From a virus (taxonomy: Duplodnaviria; Heunggongvirae; Uroviricota; Caudoviricetes): a stretch of DNA of 6,088 bases. Of this stretch, positions 1-6,088 are shown piece after piece. Location of the stretch: the IMG/VR virus record IMGVR_UViG_2585427765_000006, one strand, 5' to 3'. Positions within the stretch are counted from its first letter, which is position 1, and every line of letters starts with the position of its first letter. The translations under genes and the position numbers were made by a program. The notes beneath the pieces are model-generated. The model searched no databases, was not told the DNA's origin, and saw only the letters and a program-made list of their open reading frames with translations.

Positions 1-465
1 GATTACTGGAACAACTGGCTCAGGGACGTGTTGATGGCAGCTGGCTGAAATATCTGAAACAGTTGCAAAAAATACAGGTTCTAATCCTGGACGATCTGGG
101 GCTGGAACAGTTAAGTAACGCCCAGTGTAATGACCTTCTGGAGCTCATAGAGGATCGTTACGGACAAAGCAGCACGATAGTGGTAAGTCAGTTCCCGGTA
201 GATAAATGGCATGGTCTGATGGAGAACCCAACAACAGCAGATGCCATCCTGGACAGACTGGTACATAACTCACACCGGGTGGTCCTTCAGGGAGAGTCAC
301 TGAGGAAAAATCCCCCGGTAGTGGAAAGCAGCGAAAAAACGCGTTAAAAAGCGGTAGAAAAAGTTAAGTTCCCGGTTGATCGAATGGATGCGAATCGCTG
401 ATCGGACTTCGATGCCAATCCGTGATCGAATAGAGCGGAATACGCACTTACCCGAAAACCACTCA
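1..465 (+). mobile_element. Right-hand end of an IS21-family insertion sequence (partial; the element continues upstream of the window)
   Basis: Contains the 3' end of an istB-like gene, followed by a non-coding stretch (348-465) with repeated GATCGAAT / GCGAATCG / CGGAATACG motifs (about 378-444), consistent with the multiple terminal repeats of IS21-family ends. Exact right terminus not determinable; the downstream capsid frame opens at 434 (TAG at 431-433), so the junction lies roughly within 434-470. Confidence 0.7.
3..347 (+). CDS. istB: IstB-like transposition helper ATPase, C-terminal portion (5' truncated by window edge)
   Basis: The frame is open from position 3 to TAA at 345-347. 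Translation shows a Walker-B-like VLILDDLG followed by TIVVSQFP...W...ADAILDRLVHNSHRVVLQGESLR, the characteristic C-terminal signature of IS21-family IstB proteins. Confidence 0.85.
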   Translation, partial: LLEQLAQGRVDGSWLKYLKQLQKIQVLILDDLGLEQLSNAQCNDLLELIEDRYGQSSTIVVSQFPVDKWHGLMENPTTADAILDRLVHNSHRVVLQGESLRKNPPVVESSEKTR

Positions 466-1063
466 GGAAATTATCGATTTTTCCGAAGTCGATATTATGG
501 GCTGGTTATCTTCTGAAATTGGCGACACTTTCGTTGATACCGAAGAAACGGATCTGGTTTCCGGTGATGGCGAGAAAAAAGCCAAAGGTTTCCTGACTTT
601 CCCGCGCACTACGGATAATGACAAAACCCGTCCTTTCGGTACGCTCCAGACGAAAAAAGTGACTGGCAGTCTCAGCGCCGATATGCTGATTGACCTGAAA
701 TTTACGCTGCGCAATAAGTACCGCAAAAAAGCTGTATGGGTGATGAACTCAAATACAGCCGCCTCCGCACAAAAACTGAAAAATGCCACTGGTGATTACA
801 TCTGGCGCGATCGTTTACAGGCTGGTGATCCTGATTCTCTGCTGGGGCTTCCGGTTGAATATCTGGAATTTATGCCGGACGGTGTGATTGCAGTCGGTGA
901 CTTTAAGCGCGGTTATTTCATCGTTGACCATAAAACCGGTACGCGTACCCGTCCGGATTTCAGCGAGCCTGGATTCATTAACATCTATACCCAGAAATAT
1001 CTGGGCGGTGGTGTGGTGGATTCGAACGCCATCAAGATTCTGGAAATTCAGGCTGGCAAGTAA
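466..1063 (+). pseudogene. HK97-fold phage major capsid protein, C-terminal fragment; N-terminal part separated by the IS insertion
   Basis: Translation (…EIIDFSEVDIMGWLSSEIGDTFVDTEETDLVSGDGEKKAKGFLTFP … LLGLPVEYLEFMPDGVIAVGDFKRGYFIVDHKTG … NAIKILEIQAGK) matches the conserved middle and C-terminal blocks of HK97-family capsid proteins (GDG..K.KGFL block; LWGLPVV-like block; GDF..G block). No plausible N-terminus or RBS; the frame runs directly into IS terminal sequence. Start coordinate approximate (±30 bp). Stop TAA at 1061-1063. Confidence 0.75.
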
Positions 1064-1068
1064 TGAGC

Positions 1069-1092
1069 AAAGGGGGCTTCGGCCTCCTTTTT
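1069..1092 (+). terminator. Rho-independent terminator candidate immediately after the capsid gene
   Basis: AAAGGGGGC (1069-1077) / UUCG loop (1078-1081) / GCCUCCUUU (1082-1090) forms a 7-9 bp GC-rich stem (one G·U pair) with a UUCG tetraloop, followed by a T-run (1088-1092). Lies 6 nt after the capsid stop codon. Confidence 0.6.
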
Positions 1093-1112
1093 CAGCTTTA
1101 TGGAGTACACCG

Positions 1113-1673
1113 ATGAAAAACACCGATTTTGAAATCCGTACATCTGAACTGACCGCCAGCGATAAAAAACTGGTGGGTTATGCCGTTCGCTGGAACAGCC
1201 TTTCAGAAATTATCTGGGACGAGTTTCGCGAACAGTTCACGCCGGGGGCTTTTGCTGACTATCTGGCGGCAGGTAATGATGTGCGCTGTCTGTATGAGCA
1301 TGACTATACCCAACTGCTGGGGCGTACCAAATCCGGCTCACTGGTACTGACTGAGGATAACACCGGGCTACGTTTTGAACTGACACCGCCAAATACCCAG
1401 CTTGGAAAAGATGTGCTTACGCTGGTGGAACGTGGCGACATTACAGGGATGAGCTTTGGCTTTCGCGCATTATGCGAGGAGTGGAATATCGCGCAAAAAC
1501 CGTATCTGCGTACTGTAACCGCCGCAGAACTCCGTGAAATCACGATAACATCGATGCCTGCTTATCCCGAATCCGGCGTGGAGATTGCCCACCGTTCGTT
1601 GTTTGCACAGTACCCTGAATTACGCCCGGCAGGAAATAATCGTCATCGCTGGGCTGAACTGGCGGGGTTGTGA
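1113..1673 (+). CDS. HK97-family prohead (head maturation) protease
   Basis: ATG at 1113 preceded by GGAG (1102-1105). Translation (…LVGYAVRWNSLSEI…FTPGAF…VRCLYEHDYTQLLGRTKSGSLVLTEDNTGLRFELTPP…DITGMSFGFRAL…) shows the typical prohead protease layout. The ORF-track 888..1673 entry is an upstream extension of the same frame overlapping the capsid gene. Confidence 0.88.
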   Translation: MKNTDFEIRTSELTASDKKLVGYAVRWNSLSEIIWDEFREQFTPGAFADYLAAGNDVRCLYEHDYTQLLGRTKSGSLVLTEDNTGLRFELTPPNTQLGKDVLTLVERGDITGMSFGFRALCEEWNIAQKPYLRTVTAAELREITITSMPAYPESGVEIAHRSLFAQYPELRPAGNNRHRWAELAGL

Positions 1674-1674
1674 T

Positions 1675-2889
1675 ATGTGGTGGCCTTTTAGTCGTAAAAA
1701 AAGCGATCTGCGTAACCTGTCCATTGATGATTTTCTGGCGTTGTCTGGTGTACCAAATACCGGATCCGGAGAATATGTTTCTGCCGGGACGGCTGAATCA
1801 TTGCCTGCTGTGATGAACGCGGTTTCTGTCATCGCTGAGGCGGTGGCCACGATGCCGTGTTACCTGTATCTGGTACGCAATGATAAGGGCAGAGAGGCGC
1901 GGGAATGGCAGGACAGTCACCCGGTAGATATTCTGCTGAATGAGCAGCCTAATTCGTGCCTGACACCTTACCAGTTTAAACGCACAATGATGCGTCACTG
2001 CCTGCTGAACGGTAACGCCTATGCGGTTATTGAGTGGGGGCGGGACGGGCAGCCAAAATCACTTCATCCTTATGCGCCGGGGTGTGTTGTACCGGAACGC
2101 ACAGGCACACACAAATACCGCTATACCATCACCGAACCCTGTACAGGAACGGTGCGCACGTATTTACAGGAAGAAGTTCTGCATCTCCGCTATGCCTCGG
2201 ATGATGGCTTTCTGGGGCGTTCCCCCGTCACGATTTGCCGTGAGGCGCTGGGGCTTGGCCTTGCTCAACAGCGTCACGGAGCCAGCATTATGAAAGATGG
2301 CATGATGGCGGCAGGGATTATCACGTCAGGTGAATGGCTGGACGGCGTGAAAGGTAAACAGGCATTAGACGCACTGGAACGCTACAAGGGGGCGAAAAAT
2401 GCCGGAAAAACGCCAATCCTTGAAGGGGGCATGGATTACAGGCAGCTGGGGATGAGTAACCAGGATGCGGAATGGCTGGCCTCCCGTCGCTTCTCCATTG
2501 AAGACATCGCCAGGATGTTCAACGTGTCGCCGATTTTTCTTCAGGAATACAGCAACAGCACCTACAGCAATTTCAGTGAGGCGAGCCGCGCATTTCTGAC
2601 CATGACAATGCGCCCGTGGCTGGCGAACTTCGAACAGCAAATCAAGGCCGCTTTGCTGGTGACTTCTCCCGTACCTGGTACCCGTTATCTGGTTGAGTTT
2701 GATTCAGCCGATTTACTGCGCGCCACACCCACCGAACGTTATGCCACGTATGAGAAAGGGATTAAGAGCGGGATCATGAATCCGAACGAAGCTCGCGAAC
2801 GCGAGGGTATGCCGCCGCGTGAAGGTGGTGATGAGTTCAGCCAGGCATGGAAACAGACTGTGGAAATTAAAGGGAGAAAAGATGAGTGA
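1675..2889 (+). CDS. Phage portal protein (HK97 family)
   Basis: ATG at 1675 is 1 nt after the protease stop (TGA 1671-1673), suggesting translational coupling. The 404-aa translation contains portal-type blocks (…NGNAYAVIEW…GRSPVTICREALGLGLA…NAGKTPILEGGMDYRQLGMSNQDAEWLASRRFSIEDIARMFNVSPIFL…SNFSEASRAFLTMTMRPWL…). Confidence 0.88.
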   Translation: MWWPFSRKKSDLRNLSIDDFLALSGVPNTGSGEYVSAGTAESLPAVMNAVSVIAEAVATMPCYLYLVRNDKGREAREWQDSHPVDILLNEQPNSCLTPYQFKRTMMRHCLLNGNAYAVIEWGRDGQPKSLHPYAPGCVVPERTGTHKYRYTITEPCTGTVRTYLQEEVLHLRYASDDGFLGRSPVTICREALGLGLAQQRHGASIMKDGMMAAGIITSGEWLDGVKGKQALDALERYKGAKNAGKTPILEGGMDYRQLGMSNQDAEWLASRRFSIEDIARMFNVSPIFLQEYSNSTYSNFSEASRAFLTMTMRPWLANFEQQIKAALLVTSPVPGTRYLVEFDSADLLRATPTERYATYEKGIKSGIMNPNEAREREGMPPREGGDEFSQAWKQTVEIKGRKDE

Positions 2890-3184
2890 AGCCAGAATTA
2901 CACCTGATGAAGTCAGGGCACATCTTCGACTTGATGATGATTTATCCGGTGAAGGCGAACTTCTGAAAATGTATACCGATGCGGCGCTGGAAGCCTGCCA
3001 GAAGCATATCGGGAAACGTTTTGAAGACGGGCTGGAATTTACCCCGGCAATGCGTGTTGGTTGCCTGATGTACATCGCTTTCCTGTACGAGAACAGGGAA
3101 GCAGTTTCACCAGTGGAGCAGTCTGAACTGCCTATGGCTATTTCTGCGCTCTGGTCGGTTTATCGTGATGTGGGGGTGTACTGA
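2882..3184 (+). CDS. gp6-like head-tail connector (head completion) protein
   Basis: ATG at 2882 with AGGGAG (2871-2876) upstream; overlaps the portal stop by 8 nt. Translation starts MSEARITPDEVRAHLRLDDDLSGEGELL…, typical of gp6-like connector N-termini (…AHLR.DDD…). About 100 aa. Confidence 0.75.
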   Translation: MSEARITPDEVRAHLRLDDDLSGEGELLKMYTDAALEACQKHIGKRFEDGLEFTPAMRVGCLMYIAFLYENREAVSPVEQSELPMAISALWSVYRDVGVY

Positions 3185-3624
3185 TGCCGTGGCAACCATT
3201 AAGGCGATGCACTGAGCCGGGCTGTAATAAGCGCGTGAAGTCCGGCAAGTGTGAAGAGCACAGACGGGCTGTATGGCGTGCAGAGGATGCCAGACGGGGA
3301 CACCGCCGCGCGCGCGGGTATTCCCGACAGTGGGACAAATACCGCGCCCTGTACCTGAGCAAAAACCCGTTATGCGTGCGTTGTCTGGCTAAGGGGATTT
3401 ATACGCCAGCTCTTGTGGTGGATCACATCATCCCCATCAATGGCGGCGGTGATGTTCTCTTCTGGCCTGAGTGGAACCACCAGGCATTGTGCCAGACGTG
3501 CCACAACCGTAAGACGACACGGGAAGATCCAGCCACGAAAGCGAACCGTAAGGCGGGCATGTATCGCGAGCAGGAAGAACGGGCAGCACACCGTAACGAC
3601 TGGATGTATGGCGATGATGACTGA
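3184..3624 (+). CDS. HNH endonuclease (terminase-associated)
   Basis: ATG at 3184 overlaps the connector stop (cTGATG). Translation has an N-terminal Cys cluster (CTEPGCNKRVKSGKCEEH) and the HNH core (VVDHIIPINGGGDVLFWPEWNHQALCQTCHNRKT). It sits directly upstream of terS, as in cos-type HK97-like packaging modules. Confidence 0.88.
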   Translation: MPWQPLRRCTEPGCNKRVKSGKCEEHRRAVWRAEDARRGHRRARGYSRQWDKYRALYLSKNPLCVRCLAKGIYTPALVVDHIIPINGGGDVLFWPEWNHQALCQTCHNRKTTREDPATKANRKAGMYREQEERAAHRNDWMYGDDD

Positions 3625-3793
3625 ACAGGAGCAAACCAGGCTGATACGTGGACTGATAAGGCAGCGTGACTTATGGAAGACACAGGAGACAGGGCACAAA
3701 GCCAACAGGACAGGGCGCACAGAACGCACCACAGCGAAGCAATTAACCGACCGTGACCGCGAGGTCATGGAATGTTTTCGCAATCGCTGGTGA
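3608..3793 (+). CDS. Hypothetical small basic protein (about 58-61 aa), uncertain
   Basis: ORF MAMMTEQEQTRLIRGLIRQRDLWKTQETGHKANRTGRTERTTAKQLTDRDREVMECFRNRW fills most of the HNH-terS gap (alternative ATGs at 3608/3614/3617). No recognisable motif or clear RBS; it overlaps a DNA-level direct repeat, so it may be non-coding. Confidence 0.2.
   Translation: MAMMTEQEQTRLIRGLIRQRDLWKTQETGHKANRTGRTERTTAKQLTDRDREVMECFRNRW
3682..3723. repeat. Imperfect tandem direct repeat, ~21 bp unit, containing GACAGGGC twice
   Basis: acaggagacagggcacaaagc (3682-3702) followed by acaggacagggcgcacaga (3705-3723). GACAGGGC occurs at 3688-3695 and 3709-3716, 21 bp apart (two helical turns). Confidence 0.5.
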
Positions 3794-3867
3794 GGCCGTC
3801 AGAGGGGGTGGGGGTGGTTTTCAGGACGAAACCGTCCCTGCCGGACACCGACCGCCTCCTCAAATTT

Positions 3868-3896
3868 TTGTGCACGGGAATTTTTTTGAAAATAAT
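3868..3896 (+). promoter_or_regulatory. Candidate sigma70-like promoter upstream of terS
   Basis: TTGTGC (3868-3873), a 17-nt AT-rich spacer, then AATAAT (3891-3896), about 16 nt upstream of the terS ATG (3913). Only a partial match to consensus; no experimental support. Confidence 0.3.
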
Positions 3897-3912
3897 TGGG
3901 CGAAAAAAGAAC

Positions 3913-4269
3913 ATGGCAAGACCACCAAAAGCCCCCGCTTACCTGGATGAAATCGCGGTCAGGCAGTGGAAGGAAAAATCGCGCCAGCTTTCCGGACGGG
4001 AAGACCTTACTCCCGCCGACTGGAGCAATCTGGAGCTGTATTGCGTTAACTACTCCATATACCGCAAAGCCGTCGAAGACCTTGCCACGCGCGGGTTCAG
4101 CATTGTTAACAGTCAGGGCAGCGAGAGCAGAAACCCCGCCCTGAGCGCAAAGGCTGACGCTGAAAGAATAATGATCAAAATGGCTTCTTTGCTGGGTTTT
4201 GACCCGGTAAGTCGCCGCAGAAATCCACCGGAAACAGAGGAAGAGGACGAGCTTGACCGCCTGGCATGA
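3913..4269 (+). CDS. terS: Phage terminase small subunit (P27-like family)
   Basis: Translation MARPPKAPAYLDEIAVRQWKEKSRQLSGREDLTPADWSNLELYCVNYSIYRKAVEDLA… (118 aa) matches the N-terminal pattern and size of P27-family small terminases. The ORF-track start at 3772 is an upstream extension; ATG 3913 gives the typical size. Acidic C-terminus. Confidence 0.8.
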   Translation: MARPPKAPAYLDEIAVRQWKEKSRQLSGREDLTPADWSNLELYCVNYSIYRKAVEDLATRGFSIVNSQGSESRNPALSAKADAERIMIKMASLLGFDPVSRRRNPPETEEEDELDRLA

Positions 4270-5914
4270 GTACGCAGAAGGCGTAAAAAACAGCAAAATT
4301 ACGGCCTGTAAACGACTGAAACAGGCCGTTAAACGGTATTTTTCTGACCTTGAAAACCCCCTTTACACGTTCGATCCGGAGGTCGTGGAGCGGTTTATTG
4401 CCTTTTCCAGGGTGTGTCCGCACGTAAAAGGCGCAATGCGCGGTAGCCCCATTGAGCTGGAGCCGTGGCAGCAGTTCGCCTTTGCGTGCATCCTGGGCTT
4501 TAAGGTTAAGGCCACCGGACGGCGCAAATACACCAGCGCATTCATTGAAGTGCCGCGAAAAAATGCCAAATCCACGGTCGCCGCTATCCTGGCTAACTGG
4601 TTTCTGGTTATGGAAAACGGGCAGCAGGATATTTACACCGCCGCCGTGAGTCGTGATCAGGCGCGGATCGTGTTTGATGATGCGCGTCAGATGTGCCTTT
4701 TATCCCGACCGTTACGAAAGCGGGTAAATATTCAGGCACACAAGGTGATACACCCGAAAACCAACAGCCTGTTAAAGCCACTGGCAGCAAAAGCGGCAAC
4801 CATTGAAGGTACAAACCCGAGTCTTGCCATTGTGGATGAATATCACCTGCACCCTGACAACGGGGTTTATTCCGCGCTTGAACTGGGAATGGGGGCGCGT
4901 CCGGAGGGGCTGTTATTTGCCATCACCACATCGGGGAGCAACGTTGTTTCAGCCTGTAAACAACACTATGACTATTGCTGCCAGATACTGGATGGTGAAG
5001 AGGTGAACGAATCCATGTTCGTGCTGATTTACGAGCTGGATGATGAAAGCGAGGTTGACGATCCGGCGATGTGGATAAAGGCGAATCCCAATATCGATGT
5101 TTCCGTCGATCGTGAAAAACTGGCCTCAACCATCCAGAAAGCGCGGGGTATTCCGTCGCAGTGGGTGGAAATGCTCACCAAGCGATTCAATATCTGGTGT
5201 CAGGGGGCTACGCCGTGGATGGGTAACGGTGCATGGGCGGAGTGCGCCGGAACGTTCGCGGAGGCGGATTTATACGGTCAGGAGTGCTACGCGGGGCTGG
5301 ACTTATCATCAACCAGCGATATTTCCAGCGTGTGCTATGCCTTTCCGGTCGGTAAAAAGATTATGCTGGTTTCCCGTCACTATCTGCCGGAATTTCAGCT
5401 ACAGAACCCCGCCAATAAAAACCGCGCCATCTATCGCCAGTGGGTAAAGGCGGGCTGGATACGCACAACACCGGGTGACTGCATTGATTATGACCGTATC
5501 CGTGATGACATCATGGCGGATGCAGAGAATTTCAATATCAGGCTGGTGGGCTTCGATACATGGAACGCCACGCACCTGAGGACGCAGCTACAGGGGGCAG
5601 GATTTGAGGTGGAGCCGTTCCCGCAAACATACCTTCGTTTCAGTCCGGCGGCGAAATCGTTCGAAGTTTTTGTTAACCGGAAGGTGATTGTGCATCGTGG
5701 CGATCCGGTGCTGGCCTGGTCAATGAGTAATGTTGTGATGCAGAGTGACGCGAACGCCAATATCAAGCCGAACAAGAAAAAATCATCCAACAAGATAGAC
5801 CCGAGCGTTGCGGCGCTGATGGCGTTTGGCACATTCCAGGCAGAGCATGAGGAATTTGCATTTGATATGAGCGACAGCCACAAAGAGCGGCTTGCGGCGT
5901 TTGATGGGGTATGA
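4253..5914 (+). CDS. terL: Phage terminase large subunit (ATPase plus nuclease)
   Basis: 553-codon ORF. Putative TTG start at 4253 with GAGGA (4243-4247) 5 nt upstream, overlapping the terS end by 17 nt; the start codon is uncertain. Contains a Walker-A-like EVPRKNAKST, a Walker-B-like LAIVDEYH, and C-terminal nuclease-type acidic blocks (GLDLSSTSD, VGFDTWNA, KIDPSVAALMA). Confidence 0.92.
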   Translation: MTAWHEYAEGVKNSKITACKRLKQAVKRYFSDLENPLYTFDPEVVERFIAFSRVCPHVKGAMRGSPIELEPWQQFAFACILGFKVKATGRRKYTSAFIEVPRKNAKSTVAAILANWFLVMENGQQDIYTAAVSRDQARIVFDDARQMCLLSRPLRKRVNIQAHKVIHPKTNSLLKPLAAKAATIEGTNPSLAIVDEYHLHPDNGVYSALELGMGARPEGLLFAITTSGSNVVSACKQHYDYCCQILDGEEVNESMFVLIYELDDESEVDDPAMWIKANPNIDVSVDREKLASTIQKARGIPSQWVEMLTKRFNIWCQGATPWMGNGAWAECAGTFAEADLYGQECYAGLDLSSTSDISSVCYAFPVGKKIMLVSRHYLPEFQLQNPANKNRAIYRQWVKAGWIRTTPGDCIDYDRIRDDIMADAENFNIRLVGFDTWNATHLRTQLQGAGFEVEPFPQTYLRFSPAAKSFEVFVNRKVIVHRGDPVLAWSMSNVVMQSDANANIKPNKKKSSNKIDPSVAALMAFGTFQAEHEEFAFDMSDSHKERLAAFDGV

Positions 5915-6088
5915 CGAGAATGAGCGAAACCGAACTACTAAAAATAATCCGCCGCGTTACCGGAATCAGCCAGGAAGCAGGCAAACAGGAGGCCACGCAG
6001 CCGGACAGCGTGATAGCCAAAAATTACGCGCGTGTGGTGGCTGAGGTGATGCGCCGTGACGGTATCGAGCTTAACGGCGTGGATATAC
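5911..6088 (+). CDS. Hypothetical protein, 5' part only (runs off the window); possibly a head-tail adaptor/joining protein
   Basis: Open frame from ATG 5911 (overlapping the terL stop as ATGA) or ATG 5920, to the window end: M(TR)MSETELLKIIRRVTGISQEAGKQEATQPDSVIAKNYARVVAEVMRRDGIELNGVDI… No recognised motif; the functional guess rests only on position. Confidence 0.4.
   Translation, partial: MTRMSETELLKIIRRVTGISQEAGKQEATQPDSVIAKNYARVVAEVMRRDGIELNGVDI

Noticed and set aside
348-465. CRISPR-like or regulatory repeats in the GATCGAAT-containing region
   Set aside because: The repeats are short, irregularly spaced and sit directly after istB; best explained as IS21-family terminal repeats, not a CRISPR array or operator.
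888-1112. Upstream extension of the protease frame (ORF-track start at 888)
   Set aside because: It overlaps the capsid coding region and the terminator; ATG 1113 with GGAG upstream gives a protease of typical size (~186 aa) starting MKNTDFE.
1585-1674. Upstream extension of the portal frame (ORF-track start at 1585)
   Set aside because: It overlaps the protease C-terminus; ATG 1675 directly after the protease stop gives a 404-aa portal, the usual size.
463-3075. Minus-strand ORFs 463..789, 815..1123, 1304..1543, 1620..1850, 1798..1998, 2365..2640, 2713..3075
   Set aside because: Each lies antisense within a + strand gene that has clear protein-family signatures (capsid, protease, portal, connector); the translations are low-complexity with no motifs or start context. 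Treated as shadow ORFs.
3413-3607. Proximal part of + strand ORF 3413..3793, overlapping HNH in another frame
   Set aside because: It lies inside the well-supported HNH coding sequence and is Arg/Thr-rich with no motifs; only the distal part beyond the HNH stop is retained, as a low-confidence candidate.
3804-3817. Possible G-quadruplex in GGGGGTGGGGGTGG
   Set aside because: Only two long G-runs plus one GG; fewer than the four G-tracts needed for a canonical intramolecular quadruplex. Kept only as part of the candidate cos region.
3772-3912. Upstream extension of terS (ORF-track start at 3772, 165 aa)
   Set aside because: The extension runs through the G-rich/hairpin intergenic DNA with an implausible composition; P27-like small terminases are ~115-160 aa and begin like MARPPK…, which is the ATG at 3913.
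2021-5447. Alternative-frame + strand ORFs 2021..2293, 3753..3950, 3896..4144, 4452..4649, 4803..5006, 5097..5447
   Set aside because: They are embedded in portal, terS or terL coding sequence, or in the intergenic gap, and have no recognisable features. Judged spurious.
3138-6020. Minus-strand ORFs 3138..3362, 3370..3783, 3423..3683, 3437..3634, 3799..4296, 4175..4423, 4363..4575, 4608..4814, 4923..5129, 5488..5883, 5763..6020
   Set aside because: Antisense to HNH, terS and terL; Cys/Arg/Ser-rich translations typical of the reverse frame of coding DNA. No supporting signals.

Overview
All supported genes lie on the + strand. The window opens inside the 3' end of an IS21-family insertion sequence (C-terminal part of an IstB-like ATPase plus a repeat-rich terminal region). 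The IS appears to have inserted into an HK97-fold major capsid gene, of which only the C-terminal ~200 codons remain in this window. Downstream is a tightly packed, co-directional head-morphogenesis and DNA-packaging module: prohead protease, portal, gp6-like head-tail connector, HNH endonuclease, P27-family small terminase, large terminase, and the start of a further gene. The order capsid-protease-portal-connector-HNH-terS-terL is rotated relative to the canonical HK97-like order (HNH-terS-terL-portal-protease-capsid), which I interpret as a capsid-forming phage satellite (cf-PICI-like) or a non-canonical prophage; because its capsid gene is IS-disrupted the element is probably defective. 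No tRNA, rRNA or CRISPR array was seen. All functional calls rest on my recognition of protein motifs in the translations; no database search was run.
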